Positions 1 to 7,499 of a DNA stretch of 12,780 nucleotides are shown one piece after another. The notes under the pieces are model-generated. The model made no database searches and was not told where the DNA came from. It saw only the letters and a program-made list of their open reading frames with translations. Source of the DNA: an uncultured Nitrososphaerota archaeon (GTDB lineage Archaea; Thermoproteota; EX4484-205; JAAOZO01); assembly GCA_964408285.1 (NCBI GenBank), contig CAYOYV010000022.1, positions 1 through 12,780 of the forward strand. The letters are read 5' to 3'. The first letter of the stretch is position 1. Every line of letters starts with the position of its first letter. The translations under genes were made by a program, and so were the position numbers.

Positions 1-2
1 AT

Positions 3-749
3 CCTGAATACCGGTGGCGTAGAAGAAACGGGAAGTTCTACCGATCCCAGATAAGCTTTGCCTTTCCAGAAGCCATGGAATACAAATTGGGGATAGTGAA
101 GGAGTTGGTCCAAGGATACGACATTGACGGAATCTTTTTCGACTGGTTACGAACGGGAGATGTGCGAGACAATCCACAGACAGATGCAGAGGGAGTGGCT
201 GATCATGGCTACGAAGAGCCGCTAGTTGAAGGATTCAGGGCAGAATACGGCCTGGAGGCCGACGAAGTAGCCAACGGAGATGAGCGATGGGTGCGATTTC
301 GTTCGGAACCACACACCGAGTTCATGCGGAGAGTAAAGAAATTGATTGAGGCAGTCAAACCACATCTTGCGATTTCGATGATGGGGGTTCATCCTTGGTG
401 TTACCGTGGTCTGAAGGATCCGATTAATGGGAATCTTCGTGGACTCCTTCTAGATGTCAGCACATGGGCCGCTGAGGACCTCATAGACGACGCAGTTGCT
501 GGAGGATACTACCTCGAGGGCGGTTCCCCGGAAAAGGCATACAAGGCCTTGAAGAAGGAGACGGGAGGCAAAGTCAACGTATGGCTCTACTCTTGGGTAC
601 CAGGCAGCGTCTCGGATTTCGAACGAGATGTGGCCTTGGCTAACAAGGTCGGGGCCAAGCAGATTCTGTTCTGGGAGGCGGATTATATCGACGCCCGTTC
701 CAACAAGGAGGAATTGCAGCAAGCGATGAGCAAGCGAGCGATCATGTGA
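3..749 (+). CDS. Glycoside hydrolase family 10-like (GHL10/DUF187/YddW-type) TIM-barrel protein, C-terminal part (5'-truncated by the window edge)
   Basis: The frame is open from nt 3 (PEYRWRRRNGKFYRSQISFAFPEAMEY...), so ATG 75 is internal. 'SFAFPEAMEYKLGIVKELVQGYDIDGIFFDWLR' matches the GHL10 pattern 'Pev..y...ivkEiv..YdiDGihfDy.R'. 'WVRFRSE..TEFMRRVKKLIEAVKP' and 'LDVSTWAAEDLID' also fit. Confidence 0.75.
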   Translation, partial: PEYRWRRRNGKFYRSQISFAFPEAMEYKLGIVKELVQGYDIDGIFFDWLRTGDVRDNPQTDAEGVADHGYEEPLVEGFRAEYGLEADEVANGDERWVRFRSEPHTEFMRRVKKLIEAVKPHLAISMMGVHPWCYRGLKDPINGNLRGLLLDVSTWAAEDLIDDAVAGGYYLEGGSPEKAYKALKKETGGKVNVWLYSWVPGSVSDFERDVALANKVGAKQILFWEADYIDARSNKEELQQAMSKRAIM

Positions 750-877
750 AAGAACAGCACTCGGACTTTGAGTGCAACAGAGGACGCTACAAGCAGGTAT
801 GGTCTCTGGGAAACCAGATTTCCGCCTCCACATCGGAGGAAGTCCACGAGAGCTGGGAGTGATGTCAGAGAGGGCAC

Positions 878-895
878 GAAACCAACGCTTTTAAT
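878..895 (+). promoter_or_regulatory. Putative archaeal BRE/TATA promoter (GAAACCAACGC-TTTTAAT) for the DUF6144-like gene
   Basis: TTTTAAT at 889-895 ends ~22 nt upstream of ATG 917, which is typical spacing for a leaderless archaeal transcript. Confidence 0.5.
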
Positions 896-916
896 CGGTC
901 TTGTATCTGGTTGATC

Positions 917-1456
917 ATGGACGCCAGAATCGCGAGGATAACTAAGCACCTAAAGAAGCTCTCGCCCGAAGGAACCGCGCGTAGGATAGTGAAAAGCTGC
1001 CGCAAGGAAATCGGTTTGCCATCGACTCAGGGCAGAAGTTTGCTGTACATAAGATGCCTCATGGGAAAAATGGATGAGGAATTGGACGAGAAAACCAGAA
1101 AGCAGATCATGGAAAGCTGTGGCCGCCAATGCATTTCAAAATCTACCATAGACAAAGCCAAGAGGCTGAAAGCAAGATCAAGGAGTCTAGATGAGTTCTT
1201 GGATCTGCTTAATCGAAACCACATTGGAGGCGGTAGGCTGGAAACGAAGGGCCAAGTCATTTCTGGAGGCTATGATAGATGCTACTGTGGCGCGGTAAGT
1301 AGAAGCAAGCAACCGATCTCATTGACTTATTGTAGTTGCTCAGCAGGATGGTATCGCGAGCTTTTTGAGAGAACGTTGGAGAAGCCAGTTGAGGTCGAGG
1401 CGCTGGGCTCGATCATTCACGGATCCCCCAAATGCCTTTTCAATATTCACATCTAG
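917..1456 (+). CDS. Cys-rich DUF6144-like protein (V4R-like, putative metal/ligand-binding)
   Basis: Motifs MESCGRQC, RCYC, TYCSCSAGW..ELFE..LEKPVEVE..GSIIHG..KC.F.I are typical of DUF6144/V4R-like proteins. ATG 917 is preferred over TTG 911. Confidence 0.65.
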   Translation: MDARIARITKHLKKLSPEGTARRIVKSCRKEIGLPSTQGRSLLYIRCLMGKMDEELDEKTRKQIMESCGRQCISKSTIDKAKRLKARSRSLDEFLDLLNRNHIGGGRLETKGQVISGGYDRCYCGAVSRSKQPISLTYCSCSAGWYRELFERTLEKPVEVEALGSIIHGSPKCLFNIHI

Positions 1457-1490
1457 TGCGTGCAGACGAGAAGCCGACTTGCAGGTCCAA

Positions 1491-1500
1491 TTATTTATAG
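1491..1500 (+). promoter_or_regulatory. Putative TATA box (TTATTTATAG) for the GH15-like gene
   Basis: TTTATA at 1494-1499 lies ~36 nt upstream of the in-frame ATG 1535, which supports 1535 rather than GTG 1460 as the start. Confidence 0.4.
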
Positions 1501-1534
1501 CACACTGTCGGGAGAATTCGCAGAGAACGGGAAA

Positions 1535-3778
1535 ATGAAGGCCAAAGACATCCGCATCAAAGAAGCTCATGGGGACATTTCGCCCATAACTTCAGAATCG
1601 AGGGATCCTGTAGTTCGCAGACGGTTGATCGAATCAATCAGTTCAATTGATAGAAGCAAGATGAGCCCCCAGCAGAACTTGCACCCGGATTTTGTGACCT
1701 ATCTGCCTGGTATAGAATATTTCATACTGGGGAACGGGGACATACAAGCAGTTGTCCAACACTGCCTTGAAAGAACAGGTCCCTCTTCACAATCCTTGTT
1801 CGGTCTAACGCTAATGGATCCAGAGAGATTCTCAAGGAAGTGGAGCACATTTCTGTTTCATCCAGAAAACGGATTCTCCAGAACGGCTGCCAAGCTCAGA
1901 TTGGATGGGAAGACTTACCCCTTGGTGCGAACATCGCCTAGGACCGTCGCATGGAAACATGTTGCGAATGTGCCAGTGCTTTCCGTTGGATGGATTGCTC
2001 AAGGGTTTGATGTAACTGAGGAATTCTTCGTTCCAAACGAAGGTGGCTTGCTCTTTCGCCGAATACGAGTGACGAATCGGAACGACAGGAAGATTGACGC
2101 TGGGATCTCACTTGATCTCGTCCCGAATTTCGCGCTTTTCGACGAGATTGACAGTGATCAGAAAACACGATCAGTAAGGGCCCATGGATTCAGGGATCTG
2201 ACCCTGAGCTGTTTGGAGAAAGATGTGACGACATCAGGCAGATACAATATCAGCGTGGCCCTGGGGAGACTGCGTCCTGGCGAGTCTGAGTCCGCGCGGT
2301 TTGTCTACTCTATCAAGAAGGAAGACCAATGGACGAGTGATCGAAGCGAAGGGAAGATCTGGGAAGAGACAGTGGACTATTGGGATTCGAAAAATCAGGT
2401 TCAAACCGAAAACAACATCCTTGACCACTTGTACGAAGTCTCCAAGATCGGTTTCCGAGCTCTTACTGCAAGAAGCGGAAAGTATGATGGTGCCCTATGG
2501 ATGTACAACATGGAATGGGTCAGGGATGAAGCCATGATCGTGCTTGGGATGCTACAGACGGGCATGTTCCGAGAGGCCGGTATCATGATTGAGAGGATTC
2601 TGACGAAATTGGTGGACGCCCGAGGCAGAGCTATGGAGTCAGGCCGCTGGTTCCCATTCGATTATACGGAATTGGATCAGAACGGGCAATTACTCTACGC
2701 AATCTGGGCCTACGCTTGTTGGACTGGCGACTATCATTTCTTGGTGAAGAACTGGAAGAAGATAGGACTCGTCGCGGAATTCCCGTTGCAGGAGGCTTTC
2801 TGGGATAAAGACTCCAAGCTTTTGCATAACAAGAGAGAGTTCTGGGAAAGGTCAGATTCGCACGGGGTTGAGGACGGATTCGAGCTTGCCTATCAGTTCT
2901 GGGTGGTTCTAGGGCTAGAGAAGGGGGTCGAGCTTGCTGAGAAACTCGGCTATAGGGAACTCTCAGAGCGTTGGGGGAAGGCAGCATTTGAAATAAAGAA
3001 CGCAATCCTATACAATAAGAAGTTCAGACTAATCGAGGATGGACATCTGGTGAAACGTCGCACTAGGGATGGGCGTTGGCAGAAGCTGATGATTCCGCCA
3101 GACAGGACCAGCATGCCGGGGGGATCGCCTCTCGCCACCATAGAGAAACCATCGTGCGAACCTGATACTTGTGAAGTCATGCCGATCACTTACGGAATGA
3201 TCGATCCAAAGGGAGAGCTCTCCCGCAACACTCTCAGATGGATCGAGCATCTGTGGAATCAGCATTGGGACTCTGGTGGATATTCACGTTACAATGTTCT
3301 CAGTGAACCAGACCCACCGGCACCGTGGCCATTGGCTTCACTCTTCATGGCACGAGCTCACATCGAAGCAGGCGACTATAGGAAGGTATGGCGTTCGGTC
3401 AATTGGGTACGACGACTTAAAGGCGGGAATTCGGGAGCATGGTTTGAACGATATGGACAGAGCATAACCCCGCCTTCTCCGCCCGTAGGGATAGTTGGTT
3501 GGGCCTCGTCTGAGATAACTTCGCTGATTGTACATCACATCATCGGATTTCGTCCGGGACTGGATCGGTTCACAATAAGGCCAAAGCTCCTTTATGGTCT
3601 CAGACAGATTCGGGGCACATTCAAAGTGCGTGAATCTAATGTTGATCTGCTTTTGACTCGGACCAGGAAGAAGCCCTTTGGACTCCTCAATGGGAAAAGA
3701 GTAGGGCTTGATGCGAATTCCCTAATCGTTCCCTACCCAAGTGAGAGAAGACATCTGAAAATCGAACTCCATGTCTGA
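1535..3778 (+). CDS. GH15-like (glucoamylase/trehalase superfamily) (alpha/alpha)6-barrel glycoside hydrolase with N- and C-terminal beta domains
   Basis: GH15-type motifs occur in order: LGNG, YNMEWVRD (YxxxWxRD), ELDQNGQLLYAIWAY, EFWER (WEE-like acid), GGYSRY...PAPWPLASLFMA, GAWFERY (base region) and VGWASSE (WSHA-like). No signal peptide is evident. The ORF can extend to GTG 1460. Confidence 0.75.
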   Translation: MKAKDIRIKEAHGDISPITSESRDPVVRRRLIESISSIDRSKMSPQQNLHPDFVTYLPGIEYFILGNGDIQAVVQHCLERTGPSSQSLFGLTLMDPERFSRKWSTFLFHPENGFSRTAAKLRLDGKTYPLVRTSPRTVAWKHVANVPVLSVGWIAQGFDVTEEFFVPNEGGLLFRRIRVTNRNDRKIDAGISLDLVPNFALFDEIDSDQKTRSVRAHGFRDLTLSCLEKDVTTSGRYNISVALGRLRPGESESARFVYSIKKEDQWTSDRSEGKIWEETVDYWDSKNQVQTENNILDHLYEVSKIGFRALTARSGKYDGALWMYNMEWVRDEAMIVLGMLQTGMFREAGIMIERILTKLVDARGRAMESGRWFPFDYTELDQNGQLLYAIWAYACWTGDYHFLVKNWKKIGLVAEFPLQEAFWDKDSKLLHNKREFWERSDSHGVEDGFELAYQFWVVLGLEKGVELAEKLGYRELSERWGKAAFEIKNAILYNKKFRLIEDGHLVKRRTRDGRWQKLMIPPDRTSMPGGSPLATIEKPSCEPDTCEVMPITYGMIDPKGELSRNTLRWIEHLWNQHWDSGGYSRYNVLSEPDPPAPWPLASLFMARAHIEAGDYRKVWRSVNWVRRLKGGNSGAWFERYGQSITPPSPPVGIVGWASSEITSLIVHHIIGFRPGLDRFTIRPKLLYGLRQIRGTFKVRESNVDLLLTRTRKKPFGLLNGKRVGLDANSLIVPYPSERRHLKIELHV

Positions 3779-3897
3779 ATCGATTGCAGACCTCGCGGCG
3801 AGACCCCCTGCCGCGTGGACTTCTCGCAGGAAAAGAATCGAAGACTTGAGAATCGCGGATGTCGCGAGACCAAGCCTTATATTGATTCTTGCCATCT

Positions 3898-6378
3898 ATG
3901 GAAAAAATGAACACGGCCCTCTCAGGGGAGAGGTTCAATGTCGAGGTGGAAGAGGAACAATCATCTTGGGGGCTGCGTTCTCCACTTTGGGGAACAATGC
4001 TAGTAGACCCTCTCAATTGCGGGCTCCGGATAGGTGGAAAGAAATATCTTCCTAGAAAGATTGCAGTCGGGACAAGTAGCGACAATCAAGCGATAGAACT
4101 CAAATGGACATTTCCAGAAATCAGCGTTGTCTTGACCCAAAGACTGAGCTTGGACTCTGGGGGATCTCTGAATCTATACAGCGAACTCATCAACCTCTCA
4201 CCGGAATCTCTTGTTCTCAATGACGTCGAGCTTATCAGACTGGAGGACCCTCCTCAATCAGTTTTTGGCAATGAGCAAGGAAATTCAAGGGTGTATGAAG
4301 AAAGCGGCTATCTCTGTCATGTGCGTGAATTGAAGTTTCGGAGGAATCTCGTTTCAGAAAGCGCGGAGCCGGCACCGGGGGGAATGATCTCAGGGGCGTC
4401 TCAGACATGCTGGGTGATATATAACAGGGCGGACCACATGGGATTGCTTGTCGGCTTCACAAGCTTTGACAGGTGGTTGGGAACAATCCGGATATCCTAC
4501 GACCCAAGGACCGGTATTAAGGAATGGGTCGTCGGCCACGACGGGGGTGATCTCCGGATCGACCCTGAGGAGAAGGTCAGATTGGAGAATGTGACCTTTT
4601 CAGTTGGGAATGACCCTTGGTCGTTGCTTGAGGACTTCGGAGATCTGATCAAGGAGAAGCACAGAATTCGACCTCTTGAGAATCCGCCAGTGACTTGGTG
4701 CAGTTGGTATCCATATCGCCTAGGAGTGTCCGAGGAACATGTTCTAGCGAACGAAAAGATCGCCGCGACTCGTCTGAAGCCACTGAGGCTTCGGAATTTT
4801 CAGATAGATCTCGGATGGCAGATGGACTGCCTGCCCAACACCTACGAGGAGAATGAGCGATTCCCCCGGGGCCTAAAGTGGTTGTCCGAAGAAACTCAGA
4901 AGCTTGGGTTCAACCTCGGAATATGGACTGCTCCTTTCACGATAAGCGAGTTCAGCCCTCTCTATCGCGAGCACCCGGACTGGCTCCTCGGGGACCTCAA
5001 GGAGAAGCCAAAGCCCTATTGGACCTGGTTCTGGGAACCACATGGCAAAGTCTACGCACTTGACCTGACTCAGCCCAAAGCTCTGGCCTATGTGCGTGAG
5101 AATGTGATGAGACTGGCCGAAAAGGGAGTGAAGTATTTCAAACTTGATTTCATCGGCGGACCATGCAATCCCATCCTGAGAAATCGTCATGACCCGAAGA
5201 TGGTTGCGGGAGGGGGCACGGAAGCCGTGCGACTTGGATCCAAGGCAATCGCCGAGGCCGTCAAGGGGGTCGATCCTGAATCTCTCCTACTGAACTGCAA
5301 TCCCTATGAGGTCTGCGGACTCGGATTCTTCGATCTACTGTATGCCTGCAATGATACTGGCAACACCGGGTATGTGACGTGGGCTACAACAAGGGAGAAT
5401 TACACCTCTGTTGCTTGCCATCTCTGGAAGAATCACAGGCTGGGGATAATCCAGCCGTCCTGCCTCTGTGTTGGTTTACCTGGGATATTGGAGGAGGCCC
5501 GAATGCGAGCAACGGCCACGTTTCTTTCTGGGGGCGAAGTCGATATAGGAGATGACCTTACTACTCTACCTGAGGATAGGTGGAATGTTCTGCTTTCAAT
5601 CCTCCCTCCATTGAGCCAATCGGCGAAACCGATCGACCTGTTTGATGCATTGACCATCGATGAGTTGCCCTACTCGGAAATGGCCGCCGGCGTTGAAAAG
5701 GAACCTGTCAATATCTGTGAAGCGGACGACTCTAGAGTATGGTGTGTTCCAATCAAAACCGATTGGGACGAGTGGATCGTTGTGGGGCTCTTTGCCTGGA
5801 ATCCACCAGTACCGAAACCTCGAAAACAGGAGAACCCGATCACAAGATTCAGGATACCCTGGAAGCGGCTGAGAATGGATGTCGACAAGGACTACTGGAT
5901 TTACGAATTCTGGTCGGGTCAATTCCTGGGCAAGGTAGCTGACACTTCCGACACGCCCAAGGGCTATGTTCATCCCGGAGACGCTAGGTCATTGATCTGG
6001 GGATCCACTCAGGGAACACTTCAGGTTTCGTTCTTCGGTCCTTCGGCGAAACTGTTAGTGATTCGTGAGGCCCGTGACCATCCTTGGGTTGTGGGAACAA
6101 GCTTCCATGCAACAGGAGGCTCGGAATTGAAAGACGTCAGATGGGACGAGAGCAGACGAAGCCTGAGTGGTGTACTTGAGCGACCGTCGGGACAGCAGGG
6201 GTTCATTGTCCTAGGGGGTCTCGAGGGAGTTCCAGTGAGGGCAACCATTGAAGGGCTTAATGCAGATGTCACTCCGAGTGCGAACGGCTCATTGAAGATT
6301 CCGATACTTACAAGCGCGGGGACAACCCGCTGGAACGTAGAGATGGAACACGATCAGCCAATCGAAGAAAAAAGGTGA
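3898..6378 (+). CDS. GH36-like (clan GH-D) alpha-galactosidase-family glycoside hydrolase
   Basis: Motifs PPVTWCSWY, FQIDLGWQ (DDGW-like), ERFPRGLKWL...GFNLGIWTAPF, HPDWL, LDLTQP and GVKYFKLDF (nucleophile Asp), plus a C-terminal 'YWIYEFWSG' beta domain. The start is uncertain (TTG 3889, ATG 3898 or ATG 3907). A TATA-like CTTATATT lies at 3876-3883. Confidence 0.8.
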   Translation: MEKMNTALSGERFNVEVEEEQSSWGLRSPLWGTMLVDPLNCGLRIGGKKYLPRKIAVGTSSDNQAIELKWTFPEISVVLTQRLSLDSGGSLNLYSELINLSPESLVLNDVELIRLEDPPQSVFGNEQGNSRVYEESGYLCHVRELKFRRNLVSESAEPAPGGMISGASQTCWVIYNRADHMGLLVGFTSFDRWLGTIRISYDPRTGIKEWVVGHDGGDLRIDPEEKVRLENVTFSVGNDPWSLLEDFGDLIKEKHRIRPLENPPVTWCSWYPYRLGVSEEHVLANEKIAATRLKPLRLRNFQIDLGWQMDCLPNTYEENERFPRGLKWLSEETQKLGFNLGIWTAPFTISEFSPLYREHPDWLLGDLKEKPKPYWTWFWEPHGKVYALDLTQPKALAYVRENVMRLAEKGVKYFKLDFIGGPCNPILRNRHDPKMVAGGGTEAVRLGSKAIAEAVKGVDPESLLLNCNPYEVCGLGFFDLLYACNDTGNTGYVTWATTRENYTSVACHLWKNHRLGIIQPSCLCVGLPGILEEARMRATATFLSGGEVDIGDDLTTLPEDRWNVLLSILPPLSQSAKPIDLFDALTIDELPYSEMAAGVEKEPVNICEADDSRVWCVPIKTDWDEWIVVGLFAWNPPVPKPRKQENPITRFRIPWKRLRMDVDKDYWIYEFWSGQFLGKVADTSDTPKGYVHPGDARSLIWGSTQGTLQVSFFGPSAKLLVIREARDHPWVVGTSFHATGGSELKDVRWDESRRSLSGVLERPSGQQGFIVLGGLEGVPVRATIEGLNADVTPSANGSLKIPILTSAGTTRWNVEMEHDQPIEEKR

Positions 6379-6440
6379 GACACGAACATGGCTGCAAGCT
6401 CTCGATTATTCCAGCGATGAAAACACGAACGCTAGGATTT

Positions 6441-6449
6441 CTTTATAAC
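6441..6449 (+). promoter_or_regulatory. Putative archaeal TATA box (CTTTATAAC) of the nurA-herA operon
   Basis: TTTATAA at 6442-6448 is a strong consensus match and sits ~24 nt upstream of GTG 6472. Confidence 0.6.
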
Positions 6450-6471
6450 CCCTGGTATTACTGACTGAATT

Positions 6472-7488
6472 GTGCTCGAAGTCGAGAAGATCAGAGCGAT
6501 AATCTGCGCGGACATCTCCGAAGGAGACTCATTCCGACCATCGGACATAGGGCTTAGGGATTATTTCATCACGACGGAAGACGCCGAGGAAGAGGAAACT
6601 GAGTCTGTGAACGTTGATGAGTGGGAAAAGCACGTTGAAACCGTCCCTATGGTACCAAGTTATCCGGCAGACACGAATGTTGTGGCGATAGACTCGACGA
6701 GTCTCATGTTGGGAGTGATTCCCGACGGTTTGGTCGGAGCGATAAGGGCGTCGATTATCATCAGAGAAGCAGGTAGGGGAGAGCATAGTCTAGAGCACTA
6801 TGGGCCATATCTCGTCCCAATAACCAATCAGAATAAGGATGAGATGTATGGAAACTTGTTCAGAGCAGTCTACGGGATCGAGGCCGAATCTCCAGCTCCT
6901 GATTGTGCGAAGACCCTTGACCGCGTTAGGAATCTCTTCGAGAGACACATACAACTGAAGGTAGCTTTGAATCACACGAATGGCTTGATTCTTCTTGATG
7001 GAAGTCTCATAGGAGGCACAGTTGCAAACCCAGCTTTTTTCATGAGGAAGATCATTGAGCAGGCAAACGCGAATGGCAACTCGATAGTCGCTATTTCGAA
7101 ATCAACCGGTCTCACCCTTCAGAGATCTAAGCGAAGTATACTTTCATTACTCGATCCCATGTACGGGCCCTGCTACGTTCAGGGAATAGAGGATCACATC
7201 AGCCAGAACAGGGAGCGATATCTGGGGGGCATTTATGTGGCAAAATTGACTCCATTGGGAGAACCATTCAGGATAGATATACCAAAGAATACCAGAATTC
7301 AGCACAGAGAAATCATGAATAAGGTCGCAGGATTGGCCGGTGACTATGGCTATCCAGAGGAATTGAGGCTGGCTCACATGACATGCGTATTGAGCTCCAT
7401 CGAAGTCATCGAATTGCAGTCTGCTGCGATAGGTTTACATAGATTGACAATGCAAGAAGAAATAAGGCCGAAGCTTTTCCCGCTGTAG
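6472..7488 (+). CDS. nurA: NurA-family nuclease (RNase H-like fold)
   Basis: NurA motifs VVAIDSTS, FER, LILLDGSL, IVAISKST, PFRID and GYPEELRLAH (GYPxxLxxAH) are present. The gene lies directly upstream of a HerA ATPase. Confidence 0.88.
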   Translation: MLEVEKIRAIICADISEGDSFRPSDIGLRDYFITTEDAEEEETESVNVDEWEKHVETVPMVPSYPADTNVVAIDSTSLMLGVIPDGLVGAIRASIIIREAGRGEHSLEHYGPYLVPITNQNKDEMYGNLFRAVYGIEAESPAPDCAKTLDRVRNLFERHIQLKVALNHTNGLILLDGSLIGGTVANPAFFMRKIIEQANANGNSIVAISKSTGLTLQRSKRSILSLLDPMYGPCYVQGIEDHISQNRERYLGGIYVAKLTPLGEPFRIDIPKNTRIQHREIMNKVAGLAGDYGYPEELRLAHMTCVLSSIEVIELQSAAIGLHRLTMQEEIRPKLFPL

Positions 7489-7492
7489 GTGA
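7487..7492 (+). promoter_or_regulatory. Shine-Dalgarno AGGTGA for herA, overlapping the nurA stop codon
   Basis: TAGGTGA ends 7 nt before ATG 7500. The 11-nt gap between the genes implies an operon. Confidence 0.65.
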
Positions 7493-7499
7493 ATGAGAG

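Noticed and set aside
747-914. The reading frame stays open for ~54 codons after the TGA of the GHL10-like gene, next to hairpins, raising possible selenocysteine or readthrough
   Set aside because: The TGA falls after the last predicted helix of the barrel with no Cys-like catalytic context, the extension looks non-protein-like and runs over the next promoter, and I recognised no SECIS consensus.
1460-1534. GTG-initiated 25-aa N-terminal extension of the GH15-like ORF
   Set aside because: It contains the TATA-like box (1494-1499) and has no RBS. ATG 1535 is more plausible.
3771-4055. 94-aa ORF overlapping the GH15 end and GH36 start, with a small inverted repeat CGCGGC/GCCGCG (3794-3815)
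   Set aside because: It overlaps the GH36 gene out of frame by over 150 nt and has no recognisable motif. The 6-bp stem is unremarkable and has no U-tract.
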